The notes: generated by a model not told the origin, from the sequence alone. Positions 13,549 to 23,442 are shown, numbered from the stretch's first letter. The stretch is DNA of 32,000 nt from Kiritimatiella glycovorans (GCF_001017655.1 NZ_CP010904.1:600001-632000), one strand, 5' to 3'. Made by a program: numbers and translations.

Positions 13549-15135
13549 TCAGGCCCCGGAGCGCGCGGCCGCGCGGCCGATCCTCCGGAGCACGGTGTCC
13601 CGCCCCAGCAGAGCGGCCGTCTCGGCGAGGTCGGGTCCGCCTTTCTGCCCCGATATCGCGACCCGCAGCGGGGTCATGATTTTCCCGAATCCTTCGCCGC
13701 GTTCTTCCGCAAGATGGCGCAGGGTGTCCTGGATTCGCGAGGCTTCAAACGGGTCCAAGGCCGCGAAGCGCTCGCGAATGGCGTCGAGGACTTCCGGGCC
13801 GTGCGGGGCGGCGAGGTGTTTGCGGGCCGCTTTTTCGTCGGTTTCGAATTCGTCCGTGAAGAAGAATGCGGCCTGTTCCGCGAATTCGTCAACCGTGCGG
13901 AAGCGGTCACCGAAGAGCATGACGATGTCGCGGAGGCGATCGGGGTCCGCGGGTTCGAGGCCCCGCTTTGTGAGCGCGGACCGGCATCCGGCCAGGACCT
14001 CCTCGTGCGGTTTTTCACGCAGGTATTCGCCGTTCAGCCACGCCAGCTTGTTCAGATCCACGCGCGCCGGCGAGGCCTGCACGCGGTCGAGCGAGAACTC
14101 CTTCACCATGGACTCGCGGTCCAGCTTCTCGCGGTCGCCGCCCGGCGACCAGCCCAGGAGGGCGAGATAGTTGTACAGTGCTTCGGGAAGCACGCCCTTT
14201 TCGCGGAAATCGCCGACGAAAGCGTCGCCGTCGCGTTTGCTATACGGTTTCCCCTGAGCGTTGACGATCATCGGGAGGTGGGCGTAGGCGGGCGGCCGGG
14301 CCCCGAGCGCGTGATAGAGGAAGAGGTGCCGGAAGGTGTTCTCCACGTGGTCTTCGCCGCGGATGATGTGCGTGATCCGCTGGTGGAGATCGTCGCAGAT
14401 GTTCGCCAGGTGAAAGACCGGAGATCCGTCGGAGCGCACCAGCACGAAGTCCTTCAGGTCGTCCAGCGGCTTGGTCAGCCGGCCCCTGACCTCGTCGTCG
14501 AATCCGATGCTGCGGCGGGTGAAGGTCATGCGCGCGGCGTTGTCGATCTCGAAAGAATGACGCCCTTCAAGGATGCCTTCGATATGTTCGCCGATGGAAA
14601 AGAGGCGTTGCCCGTTTGCATCGAATAGGCGCAGGTCGGCGAAACCCGCGAGACAGGCCGTAGTATCCACGGGCTTGCCCTTTCGGCTCACCGCGGAGTA
14701 ACGGATTCCGGTATGATCGAGGCGCACGGGGTGGTCCGGGTGCAGGGCGCGCTCGGCGGGTCCGAGTTCCTCTACGCCCGGGATCTCATCCGCGCGCCAG
14801 GGGATCCTGAAAAGCAGGGCCTCGCCGCCTTCGCCTTTGGCGTGACGGTAGACGGTCCCGTCCTGCTCCAGCCGGCGGGCGGCGTCCAGGTGCGCCTCGC
14901 GCCGCTGCGACTGGTAGAGCGGCGTTTCATCGCTGTCGAGGCCGAGCCACTGCAGTACGTCGAACAGGTATTCGATGGCCTCGGGTGTCGAACGCTCGCG
15001 GTCGGTATCCTCGATCCGCAGCGTAAATACGCCCCCTTCATGGCGTGCGAAGAGCTGGTTGTAGATCGCGGCGCGGATATTTCCGATGTGAACCTTCCCG
15101 GTGGGGCTGGGCGCAAATCGCGTTCGAACCGTCAT
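13549..15135 (-). CDS. gltX: glutamate--tRNA ligase
   Basis: RTRFAPSPTGKVHIGNIRAA (HIGH motif), LRIEDTDRERS, GKPYSKRDG (KMSKS-like), full anticodon-binding domain. ATG 15135 is preceded by GGAG; the track start at 15189 adds an unsupported extension. Confidence 0.9.
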   Translation of the reverse strand: MTVRTRFAPSPTGKVHIGNIRAAIYNQLFARHEGGVFTLRIEDTDRERSTPEAIEYLFDVLQWLGLDSDETPLYQSQRREAHLDAARRLEQDGTVYRHAKGEGGEALLFRIPWRADEIPGVEELGPAERALHPDHPVRLDHTGIRYSAVSRKGKPVDTTACLAGFADLRLFDANGQRLFSIGEHIEGILEGRHSFEIDNAARMTFTRRSIGFDDEVRGRLTKPLDDLKDFVLVRSDGSPVFHLANICDDLHQRITHIIRGEDHVENTFRHLFLYHALGARPPAYAHLPMIVNAQGKPYSKRDGDAFVGDFREKGVLPEALYNYLALLGWSPGGDREKLDRESMVKEFSLDRVQASPARVDLNKLAWLNGEYLREKPHEEVLAGCRSALTKRGLEPADPDRLRDIVMLFGDRFRTVDEFAEQAAFFFTDEFETDEKAARKHLAAPHGPEVLDAIRERFAALDPFEASRIQDTLRHLAEERGEGFGKIMTPLRVAISGQKGGPDLAETAALLGRDTVLRRIGRAAARSGA

Positions 15136-15240
15136 GGCATTCTCCGGCGTACAGGGTGTAGGATGTGTCTTCCCGCGTTTGCGGAACAAAAAATAACGAA
15201 TAACATAATACGGCCATCCCGTAAATCACAGGAGGGACGG

Positions 15241-15783
15241 ATGCGCGCTCATCACGTGAACGACATCCTCTATACGGCAGAGCAGATCGGCGAACGGGTA
15301 GGCGGGCTGGGTGACGAGCTGGCCGCCGCGTTCGGCGGACAGGATTTCATCGCAGTAGGCATTCTCCGCGGTAGCTTCATGTTCATGGCCGACCTGCTCC
15401 GCGCCGGGGCTGCGCGCGGACTGCATCCCCGCATCGACTTTATCGGACTCGAGAGTTACGGCGACGGTACGGAGTCCGCGGGCGAGGTGAAGCTTGTGTA
15501 CGACACCTCGCTCGACCTGGAGGGAGCACGTCTGCTTCTGATCGACGATATCCTCGATACGGGTCTGAGTCTCGCCCGCGCGCGCCGCCTGCTCGCCGCG
15601 CGCGGGGCGGCCTCCGTGCATACGTGCGTCATGCTCGACAAACCTTCGCGCCGGCAGACCGGGATTCGCGCCGACTTCACCGGTTTCCGGGTCGACGATG
15701 TTTTCGTCGTCGGATACGGGCTGGACTACGCCGGTCTGCACCGCGAACTTCCGCACCTGTCCCGGGTGGTGTTCGAGGACTAG
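15241..15783 (+). CDS. hpt: hypoxanthine phosphoribosyltransferase
   Basis: PRPP-binding motif LLLIDDILDTGLSL and GYGLDYAG...R.LP C-terminus. ATG 15241 is preceded by AGGAGGGA. The upstream part of track ORF 14713-15783 is antisense to gltX. Confidence 0.9.
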   Translation: MRAHHVNDILYTAEQIGERVGGLGDELAAAFGGQDFIAVGILRGSFMFMADLLRAGAARGLHPRIDFIGLESYGDGTESAGEVKLVYDTSLDLEGARLLLIDDILDTGLSLARARRLLAARGAASVHTCVMLDKPSRRQTGIRADFTGFRVDDVFVVGYGLDYAGLHRELPHLSRVVFED

Positions 15784-16412
15784 ACCAGGTCGATCATCTC
15801 GCGGATGCGGGCATCCTCTTCGCTGCCGCGGTCGGAATCGTTTTTCTTCCCGCTTCCCTTGTTGCCGCCGTGGTTGTCCCCGCCGCCGGAGGATTCCCGG
15901 GATTCGTTTTTCCCCGACCTGGGTGAAGAGCCGGAAGAGCGTTTGCGTCCGCCGCGCCGGCGGCCTCCGCCGCTCTTGCGCGAGCCGCCGCCGGAAGCGT
16001 TTTCGCCTTCGATATTGACCGCCTTGTTGAAGGTGCCGGCGCGGAGCGCGGCGCCGCCGGCCTCCATGATCCGCTGCTCCATCTCGCTGTCGTCGGTCAC
16101 GACCGTGGTCTTTTTGCGTCGGCGACGGAAGAGGTTCCATATCTTCTTCTGCGCTCGGGTGGAGGTTTCGGCGTACCGGACGTGGATGCCTTCGAACGAG
16201 GCATCGTCGGGCGCCTTGCGCAGGGGCTTGCCGGTGAGTACTACGATCATGTCGATCTTTTCTTTCTGTGCGAAGCGGCCGAGCTGGCGCAGCACGCGGA
16301 TCTGGTCGCGGGGCGCCGCCTTGCCGCGGCAGCCTGAAGCCTTGAGCATGGCGTCGCCGTCCACCACTACGCGCCTGGGGCCGAGCCCCAGCCATGTGAA
16401 CAGGTTGATCAT
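15780..16412 (-). CDS. NYN/YacP-like (PIN-fold) domain protein with Arg/Gly/Ser-rich C-terminal tail
   Basis: From ATG 16412 (AAGGGA SD 6 nt upstream): RRVVVDGDAML...IDMIVVLTG...VRYAETS...TVVTDDSEMEQ...GGAAL parallels the YacP/Rae1 layout (LLVDGYN...VVFDA...TSD...GA). The tail is GGGSRKSGGGRRRGGRKRSSGSSPRSG... The stop overlaps the hpt stop (CTAG). Confidence 0.45.
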   Translation of the reverse strand: MINLFTWLGLGPRRVVVDGDAMLKASGCRGKAAPRDQIRVLRQLGRFAQKEKIDMIVVLTGKPLRKAPDDASFEGIHVRYAETSTRAQKKIWNLFRRRRKKTTVVTDDSEMEQRIMEAGGAALRAGTFNKAVNIEGENASGGGSRKSGGGRRRGGRKRSSGSSPRSGKNESRESSGGGDNHGGNKGSGKKNDSDRGSEEDARIREMIDLV

Positions 16413-16614
16413 CAGTGGTCCCTTGTTTGTTGCGTTGTGTCTTTCCGGAGCGCGGGGGTCCGGCCCCCGGCCCTGTGCCGTGGCGTCCATCCCGATTGAT
16501 GAACGCGATTCTCCGTGTCCGCGGTATAAGAGCGTCCACGCCTCATGACGTGGCGGAGAAACCGTAACAACTACCGCAGCCGCAGGGGGGCTGGCAAGCA
16601 AAGACGGGCAGGGG

Positions 16615-19545
16615 CTATTCAGCGCCCCCGCCGGACACGGAGAAGATACGGATCGGCCCCTGCAGTCCAGAGGCCTGAAGCTTCGAGGTGCGGTCGTGAT
16701 GACGGAAGGGCACGAACGTCACCCGCTCCCGGGCGGCCGGCGGTGGGCTGTCCGGATACCAGTCGGGGAAACGCCCGATGCGCAGTCCGTGCAGCCGGTC
16801 CTTGTGCCACTCTGCGATTTCCGGAGGATATCGCTCGTCGCCGATCAGCCGGTTCGCTCCCGTATTGGTCACGCGAATTTCGATCCGGTTTTTGCCGGCG
16901 CGCAGGGCGTCCGTAATATCTACGCTGAACGGCGGTTTCCATAGGATGCCGAGATTCTCTCCGTTCAAAATGATTTCCGCCATCACATCGACGTCGCCCA
17001 GATCGAGCACGTACCGTCCGCCGTCGCGGAGCCCGCCCCCGGACAGGTTGAAGGTGTGCTCGTATTGCGCGGTGCCCGAGAAGTACTTCACGCCCGCCTG
17101 TTCGTGATCGGGCCAGGAGATGAGTTCGTCGAGCCGGATGTGGGCGGGTGCGCCGCGGCCGGGTGGAAACCGCACGGTCCAGGGCCCCTCCAGTCTGAGG
17201 CGCTCATGCCGTTCTGTCCCGCGCACTTCGGCCACGGCTCCGGGAGACGTTGTGCGCCGGAATACCACAAACCGCGACTCTGCAGGGCCGAGATTCAGCG
17301 TGAGCCGCGTCCTCCCGTCTCCCGTTCCGCCGGAATCGGCTGCGATTTCTATCGCGCCCCGTTCGGGGTCCCAGAATTCAATTACGGGTGCGGCACAGCG
17401 GAACCGCGCCCGCACGGTCTGCGGTTCGAACGAGGTGTTGGCGATGAAATACCAGTCTTTTCCGTCCTCGCGCCGGTGGATGTAGTCGACGGACGGGTAG
17501 GGCGCGTCCGTGCGCACCGTGAGGCCTTCGACTTCGAAATCGGGGAGGACGCCCAGCTCGGCGAGAAGGTCCTTGAGCGGCGTGGGCGCGAGCACATGCT
17601 GAGGATTTTCCGGGTTCCACAGCTCCGCCGCAATCCGCTTCACCCGGTCATCGCATGCGGGATACCCGCTCAAACCGGGCGCGCGCACCGGACGGGGACC
17701 CGTCACCGCGGCTCCGGCCCGGACGAGTTCCTCGATTTTGTTCAGCACCTCCGGACGTTGCGGGCCGTGCGGAAGGACCAGCAGACGGTAGCTCATCCCG
17801 GAAGGGAGCGTGATCCGGCCGTCGCGTGCCTCCATCCGCATCAGGATTTCCGTGTCGCAGAGATCGAAGTCATAACCCGCGGGAGGGCGGGGTTTCATGT
17901 CGATGCGGTGTTCTCCGCTGTCCGGCGCGTGTTCCCCCGTGTAATAGCACAGGTCGGCCACGAACGAGCCCTCCTGCAGCATGTGCTGGCAGCGCGCGAG
18001 GTACTTCATCCACGCCCGGCCCGGTTCCCACCACGGGTTGCCGCGGTGGAATTGCGATCCCCACCGCCCCATCGTCATCCCCGGCCAGGCCTCAGTGGAA
18101 GGATGGTGTGCGAACGTATGGAAAATATAGCGGTTCACGCCGCGACAGAAAAAGAAATCGCCCAACGGCTTCAACCGGTACGGGTGATTGACGAATCCCG
18201 CATCGTCGGGCTGCGCGGTAAAGGCTTCGGCCCCCACCAGCCGGCGGCCGTACGTGTGTGCCGCCGAGGCCGCCAGCTTCACGGTCCACTTATAGAACCC
18301 CCCGTCGCCTTCGATCGGGTAGTGGACCCACCACTCTCCCATCGGTATGTCCGCGTACCCGGCTGCCTCAATATGATTGAAATTCCCCACATGACTGTAG
18401 GGTTCGATCGAGAGGCGCATGCCGTTGCGGTGAGCCATCTCGGCGAAATGGCCGAAGTAATGCTCGTTGAACAGGTCGGCGATCGTACGGCGGAAGTCGT
18501 AGAGAAAGCGTTCCGACACGTCGATGCTTTCGACCACCCGTCCGGTCAGACAGGGAAGCCAGGGGAAGAGATCGTACCCGCGGCGCCGGCGGAATTCCCC
18601 CCCGAGCCCGCGCGTCCAGTTCTGCTGATGAACCTCGTAACTGTCGATCAGCACGTTGTTGAGTACGCGGCCGCTCAGCGGTCCCGCCTTATCGATAACC
18701 GGCTGCACCGCATGGTTCCAGTGAAGCTCGGCCGCCGTGCGGCTGAGCTTGTCGCATTCCAGACCCAGGCCTTCGGGAGGAGCGGGGTGATTCCTGACGC
18801 CGGTCGTGGTATGTCCAAGTCTCAGAATCGTCCAGTCGCCTTCGGGAACCTCCCATTTGAGCCTGTCTTCGGCATCGAGCTGCGCCGTCAGGTCCACGAG
18901 GTCCCTGCGGGAGATCCGCGCATGGGCCGGTGCGGTGCGCTCGTCGGGTGCACATACCGTGTCGCGCTCCAGTCCGGTCTTGCCTTTCCAGTCCCGAATT
19001 CTGAAGGGTTCTCGGCTTCCGTTTCCGGGAGCAGCAGCCGGAAAGGCGAGCACGGCGATATCGCGGTAATACCCCAGCTTATGTTCAGGCTTTGCAAGCC
19101 GATCATGGAATGAAGAGGAACCCGAGACCGTGGTCTCGCTCCAGACCAGGCGCTGCATGGAATACTCGGGCGTGATCCACGGCCCGCCGCTGCTCGACCA
19201 CCCTGCGCAGTTGTGCAGGCAGACTTCGAGATCCAGCCGGTCTGCCTCCCGCAGGGTGTGATGCATAAGATCCAGCCACTCGTCGCTCATATAGTCGACG
19301 GGACCCTGCGGGATGCCGACGGTGACATGAAAGGCCTGGAACCCCCCGAGCCCCGCGCGGTCCATCGATTCGAGGTCGGCGGTGATGCCCTCCGGGGTGA
19401 CGTTTCCGTTCATCCAGTGCCACCAGGTATGGGGTCTCGCAGACCGTGGCGGATCGCGAAATTCTTCTACAAAAGTTTCGGCCGCGCCGGGTGCCGCGGC
19501 AAGACCGAGTGCGGATGCGTACAGCAGAATGGGTAGAAGTCTCAC
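16615..19545 (-). CDS. secreted large glycoside hydrolase, GH106-like (alpha-L-rhamnosidase-type)
   Basis: Signal peptide MRLLPILLYASALGLAAAPGAAE. N-terminal F.DPP...RP..WWHW...V..EGIT.DLE.M...GLGG motif. C-terminal LDLGDV..MAEIILNGENLGILWKPPFSVDIT...GKNRIEIRVTN...NRLIGD sugar-binding-like module. The family call is from memory. GTG start. Confidence 0.6.
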   Translation of the reverse strand: MRLLPILLYASALGLAAAPGAAETFVEEFRDPPRSARPHTWWHWMNGNVTPEGITADLESMDRAGLGGFQAFHVTVGIPQGPVDYMSDEWLDLMHHTLREADRLDLEVCLHNCAGWSSSGGPWITPEYSMQRLVWSETTVSGSSSFHDRLAKPEHKLGYYRDIAVLAFPAAAPGNGSREPFRIRDWKGKTGLERDTVCAPDERTAPAHARISRRDLVDLTAQLDAEDRLKWEVPEGDWTILRLGHTTTGVRNHPAPPEGLGLECDKLSRTAAELHWNHAVQPVIDKAGPLSGRVLNNVLIDSYEVHQQNWTRGLGGEFRRRRGYDLFPWLPCLTGRVVESIDVSERFLYDFRRTIADLFNEHYFGHFAEMAHRNGMRLSIEPYSHVGNFNHIEAAGYADIPMGEWWVHYPIEGDGGFYKWTVKLAASAAHTYGRRLVGAEAFTAQPDDAGFVNHPYRLKPLGDFFFCRGVNRYIFHTFAHHPSTEAWPGMTMGRWGSQFHRGNPWWEPGRAWMKYLARCQHMLQEGSFVADLCYYTGEHAPDSGEHRIDMKPRPPAGYDFDLCDTEILMRMEARDGRITLPSGMSYRLLVLPHGPQRPEVLNKIEELVRAGAAVTGPRPVRAPGLSGYPACDDRVKRIAAELWNPENPQHVLAPTPLKDLLAELGVLPDFEVEGLTVRTDAPYPSVDYIHRREDGKDWYFIANTSFEPQTVRARFRCAAPVIEFWDPERGAIEIAADSGGTGDGRTRLTLNLGPAESRFVVFRRTTSPGAVAEVRGTERHERLRLEGPWTVRFPPGRGAPAHIRLDELISWPDHEQAGVKYFSGTAQYEHTFNLSGGGLRDGGRYVLDLGDVDVMAEIILNGENLGILWKPPFSVDITDALRAGKNRIEIRVTNTGANRLIGDERYPPEIAEWHKDRLHGLRIGRFPDWYPDSPPPAARERVTFVPFRHHDRTSKLQASGLQGPIRIFSVSGGGAE

Positions 19546-19547
19546 CG

Positions 19548-21956
19548 TTAAGCCTCCCGGATTTGTGCGTCGAGCGCGCCGCAGACCGCCTCCCCGATGC
19601 TGTCATGCCAGCGGTTCACTTCCTCGTCGCGCAGCGTGCGGTCGCCTGAGCGGTAGACGAAACGATAGGCCATGCTCTTTTTGTCTTCTCCGATACCCCG
19701 GCCTTTGAAGATATCGAACAGCTCGCAGCGCTCCAGCTCATCCGGCGCCTCATTGCGGATCTCGTCCTCGATCTGTGCATGCGTCACGGCGCAGTCCACG
19801 ACGAAGGCGAAATCGCGCTCCACCGCCGGGTACACCGCCGGCGTCCGCACGCGGCGGACGCGAAAGGCCTCGTTGAGAAACGGTTCGAGATCCAGTTCCG
19901 CAACGGCCGCGGGCCCGTTGAAGCGGTATTCGCGCGCCAGCTTCGCGCGGAGCAGTCCCATCCGGCCGATCTCGCGCCCGGAGGCGCTCAGCACCAGTGC
20001 GCCGCCGGGTTCGAAGGCGGGCGCGTCGACGCGGTCAAACCGGGTCCCCTCAAGATTCTGATGCCGGAGCAGTTCCCCGATCAGTCCTTTCATCCACAGG
20101 AACATCTCTTCGGGTTCGACGGTCCGCTGGCGGTCGAGAAGCGCGCGGCCCACCGGCCCCATCATGCCCAGCGCGATACGCTCACACTCTGCGAGTTCGC
20201 CCCCGGTGCAGCGGAATACTTTCCCGGTCTCGAAAAACACGGCCTCGTGTTCCTGGCGCGCCATGTTACGGCCGAGCGTTTCGACCATCTGGGGGATAAG
20301 CGAGGTGCGCAGGATCGACTGATCGGAGCTGATCGGGTGGGGGAGCACCTCTCGCAGGTCCTCCGGCTCCGCGAAGCGGTCGAGAAGCTCCTTCGAAACC
20401 AGCGTATAATTCATGATCTCCCGCGCGCCGAGGCCGGTCAGGGCGTGACGGCAGCGGTCCAGTGCCCGCACGCGCCCGTGATCCGCGTCCTCCACGATCG
20501 AGGCGCGCGGGGTCGCCTCCGGTATGCGGTCCAGACCGTGGATCCGCGCAAATTCCTCGGCGAGGTCGACTTCGCGATGCAGGTCCAGACGGAACGACGG
20601 CACGTCCACCTCGAACACCGCAGGATCGTCGTCCGCCGGACGTACGACGAGTTCAAGCGATTCGAGCGCGGAGCGGACTTCGTCCGGCCCGGCTTCAATG
20701 CCCGTGAGGCGGGTGATGGCTTCCGGCCGGCAGCGCACGGTGCGCGATTCGGTGTCGCGGGCGCGTACATCGATCGCTCCGCGTGCGGGCGTGCCGCCCG
20801 CGATGGAGGACAGCAGCGCTGCCGCGCGGCGGCTGGCCCACTCCACGCCCTCGATATCCACGCCGCGCTGGAAACGGTAGGAAGAATCGGTGTGGAGCCC
20901 GAGGCGCCTGGTGCAGGCCCGGACGGTCGGCGGGTCGAAGGCCGCCGACTCCAGCAGCACGTTTTCCGTGTCCCCGCCGATCTCGCTGTCGGCACCCCCC
21001 ATGATGCCCGCAAGCGCCAGCGGACGCGCACCGTCGGCGATCACGAGCGTGTCTTCGTCCAGCGTGCGTTCGACGCCGTCAAGGGTCGTCAGCGTCTCCC
21101 CGGGGGCGGCGCGGCGGACCACGACCCGGCCGCCCTCCAGGCGGTCGAGGTCGAAGGCGTGCAGCGGCTGGCCGCTCTCGAAGAGCACAAAGTTCGTGAT
21201 GTCGACCACATTATTGATGGGCCGGAGCCCGGCCAGCCGGAGCCGCTTCTGCATCCAGTCCGGGGAGGGGCCGATCCCTATCCCGCTCAGTACGCGGGCG
21301 GTGTACCGCGGGCACCCCCCGGGGTCCGCGACCTCGACGGCGGCCCGCTCGTCCACGGCCGATCCCGCTTCGCCGCAATCGGTCTCCGGGCGCCTGAGCG
21401 AGGTTCCGTACAGCGCCGCCACTTCGCGCGCGAGGCCCATGATGCTCAGGCAGTCGGGACGATTGGGCGTGATCTCGAGTTCAAAGACCACCTCCTCCGG
21501 CCCCATCCACTCGTGCATCGGTGCGCCGGGCTCGCACGTCCCGTCCAGCTCCATGAGACCCTCGTGGCGGTCGGAGAGTCCGAGTTCATCCTCGGCGCAG
21601 AGCATGCCCAGCGACGTCTCGCCGCGCAGTTTCGCCTTTTTGATCTTCATCCCGCCGGGAAGGGTGACGCCCACGGGTGCAAAGGGATACACGCCGCCGG
21701 TCCGCACGTTGGGGGCGCCGCAGACCACCGGGGCGGGGTCGTCCTTTCCGTATTCCACGCTACAGAGCACGAGCCGGTCCGCCTTCGGATGCGGGCGCAC
21801 CTCGACGACCTTCCCGGCGACGACGCCTTCAACCGGACTGCCGATCCGCTCGATCGCCTCGACTTCCAGCCCCGCGAACGTCAGCTTTTCGGCCAGTCGC
21901 TCCGGCGTATCATCGAAATCCACGTAATCTTTCAGCCAGCAGATCGGAACTCTCAT
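19548..21956 (-). CDS. pheT: phenylalanine--tRNA ligase beta subunit
   Basis: MRVPICWLKDYVDF...LTFAGLEVE N-terminus, tRNA-binding, B3/4 and B5 domains, FDIFKGRGIGEDKKSMAYR C-terminus. No pheS is adjacent. Confidence 0.95.
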   Translation of the reverse strand: MRVPICWLKDYVDFDDTPERLAEKLTFAGLEVEAIERIGSPVEGVVAGKVVEVRPHPKADRLVLCSVEYGKDDPAPVVCGAPNVRTGGVYPFAPVGVTLPGGMKIKKAKLRGETSLGMLCAEDELGLSDRHEGLMELDGTCEPGAPMHEWMGPEEVVFELEITPNRPDCLSIMGLAREVAALYGTSLRRPETDCGEAGSAVDERAAVEVADPGGCPRYTARVLSGIGIGPSPDWMQKRLRLAGLRPINNVVDITNFVLFESGQPLHAFDLDRLEGGRVVVRRAAPGETLTTLDGVERTLDEDTLVIADGARPLALAGIMGGADSEIGGDTENVLLESAAFDPPTVRACTRRLGLHTDSSYRFQRGVDIEGVEWASRRAAALLSSIAGGTPARGAIDVRARDTESRTVRCRPEAITRLTGIEAGPDEVRSALESLELVVRPADDDPAVFEVDVPSFRLDLHREVDLAEEFARIHGLDRIPEATPRASIVEDADHGRVRALDRCRHALTGLGAREIMNYTLVSKELLDRFAEPEDLREVLPHPISSDQSILRTSLIPQMVETLGRNMARQEHEAVFFETGKVFRCTGGELAECERIALGMMGPVGRALLDRQRTVEPEEMFLWMKGLIGELLRHQNLEGTRFDRVDAPAFEPGGALVLSASGREIGRMGLLRAKLAREYRFNGPAAVAELDLEPFLNEAFRVRRVRTPAVYPAVERDFAFVVDCAVTHAQIEDEIRNEAPDELERCELFDIFKGRGIGEDKKSMAYRFVYRSGDRTLRDEEVNRWHDSIGEAVCGALDAQIREA

Positions 21957-22000
21957 GGGGTCTCCCGCCGTCCGGTTGAGTCTTCGGGTGCGAACAGCCG

Positions 22001-22030
22001 TGTATACTGCACTTCCCTCCGGCGTCTCAA
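22001..22030 (-). promoter_or_regulatory. candidate sigma70-type promoter for pheT
   Basis: The minus strand reads TTGAGA (22030-22025), 18 bp spacer, TATACA (22006-22001), about 45 nt upstream of the pheT ATG, with GGGAG SD. Confidence 0.3.
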
Positions 22031-22065
22031 GGTTTTATGGGGAGCCGGATGAACGCGGGTCCTGC

Positions 22066-23442
22066 TTATCCCTGAAGATGGGCGCGGGTCAGGTTGAGTG
22101 CGGTGTCGACCAGGTTCCGGGCCTCGTCCGCCGATCCCGCCTCGGCGGTGAAGCGGATCACGGGTTCGGTGTTCGACCGGCGGACGTGCAGCCAGCCGCG
22201 GGGCAGCGAGACGAAGACGCCGTCCGAGGTGTCGACCGGATGGTCCGCGTAATGCCGCCGGAGCGCCCGCAGCAGGGAGGGCGTCGATCCGGCCGGCGTC
22301 TCCAGTTTCGCGGTCGCCGTGTGGTAGGCCGGGATCTCCGCCTTCAGTTTCGAGACGGACTTCTGTTCCGCCGCCATCAGCTCCAGCGCCAGGGCCATGC
22401 CGATGAAGCTGTCCCGGCAGGGGTGGACGGCGGGAACGATCACTCCGCCGTTATGCTCGCCGCCCACCGCCGCACCGTGGCGGAGCATCGCTTCGACCAC
22501 GTTGATCTCCCCGATCCGGCTGCGGTGTACGGCGACGCCGTATTCGCGGGCCAGATCGTCGATGCAGCGGCTGGTGGAGAGGTTGACGACCACCGGTCCG
22601 GAGGCGTGGGCTTCGAGCACCCGGCGCACGGCGAAGGCGACGCTCAGGTTTTCGCCCGCGGGCGACCCGTGCTCGTCGACGATGCTCAGACGGTCTCCGT
22701 CGGGGTCCTGGGCGAATCCCGCGTCGCAGCGCTCCTTCCGGACCAGGTCGCAGAGCGCCCGCACATGTGCGGGCGCCGGTTCCGGGTCGCGTCCGAAGAC
22801 CCCGTTCGGCTCCGCGTGGAGTTCCACGACCTCGCACCCGAGTCGCTCGAGAAAGGGCCGGGTGTACAGAGCGCCGGTTCCGTTGCAGGGATCGACGGCG
22901 ATCTTGAATCCCGCGGAGCGAATGAGGCCGGTGTCCACGTAGGCGGCCACGGCGTCGAGATGGGCCGCGGCTGCGTGATCGATTTTGCGCGCGGCGGGAA
23001 GTTCGGCCTCGCTCACCATCGGAAAATCGCGCTGGTGGTACAGGTCGAACAGCTCCCCGGAGCGCGAGCGGTTGAGGAAGAAGCCGTTGCGGTCCACGAA
23101 TTTGAGGGCGTTCCATTCGGCGGGGTTGTGGCTGGCGGTAATCACGATGCCGCCGCGGGCCCCGAGGCGCCGGACGAGAAAAAGGGCGGAGGGTGTGGGG
23201 ATGACCCCGCACAGCAGGGGGCGGCAGCCGACGCTCTGCAGGCCCGCGAACACGGCCTCCTCGAGCATGCGGCCCGAAGTCCGGGTATCGCGGGCGACCA
23301 CGACCGGTCCCGCTCCGGCGAATACGCCGAAGGCCTGGGCGAACGAGACGGCGAGCTGGGGCGTGATGGTGCGGCCGACGATGCCCCGTACGCCGGAGAT
23401 GCCCACCTTGAGCGTGAATCGTTCGGGATCAGAGTTCTTCAT
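22066..23442 (-). CDS. alpha-D-phosphohexomutase (phosphomannomutase/phosphoglucomutase/GlmM-like), catalytically intact
   Basis: GISGVRG, active-site loop ITASHNPAEWNALKF, metal loop DPDGDRL, sugar loop GGEHNGG, phosphate loop RRSNTEP. Confidence 0.85.
   Translation of the reverse strand: MKNSDPERFTLKVGISGVRGIVGRTITPQLAVSFAQAFGVFAGAGPVVVARDTRTSGRMLEEAVFAGLQSVGCRPLLCGVIPTPSALFLVRRLGARGGIVITASHNPAEWNALKFVDRNGFFLNRSRSGELFDLYHQRDFPMVSEAELPAARKIDHAAAAHLDAVAAYVDTGLIRSAGFKIAVDPCNGTGALYTRPFLERLGCEVVELHAEPNGVFGRDPEPAPAHVRALCDLVRKERCDAGFAQDPDGDRLSIVDEHGSPAGENLSVAFAVRRVLEAHASGPVVVNLSTSRCIDDLAREYGVAVHRSRIGEINVVEAMLRHGAAVGGEHNGGVIVPAVHPCRDSFIGMALALELMAAEQKSVSKLKAEIPAYHTATAKLETPAGSTPSLLRALRRHYADHPVDTSDGVFVSLPRGWLHVRRSNTEPVIRFTAEAGSADEARNLVDTALNLTRAHLQG

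Noticed and set aside
14713-15240. Upstream 176 codons of the track ORF containing hpt
   Set aside because: This part is antisense to gltX, and there is no HPRT similarity before MRAHHVNDILYT. A strong SD precedes ATG 15241.
15226-16539. 437-aa minus-strand ORF and 247-aa plus-strand ORF (15805-16548) overlapping hpt and the NYN-like gene
   Set aside because: They give extremely Arg/Pro-rich low-complexity translations. They overlap hpt on the opposite strand and are out of frame with the SD-supported 15780-16412 CDS.
19779-22052. Very long ORFs antisense to real genes (for example 19779-22052 +, 17056-19113 +, 24804-26699 -, 11629-12972 +, 6347-7459 +, 27581-28924 -)
   Set aside because: These are typical high-GC shadow ORFs. 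Their translations are Arg/Ala/Gly/Pro-rich without recognisable motifs, and each lies opposite a gene with strong family signatures.
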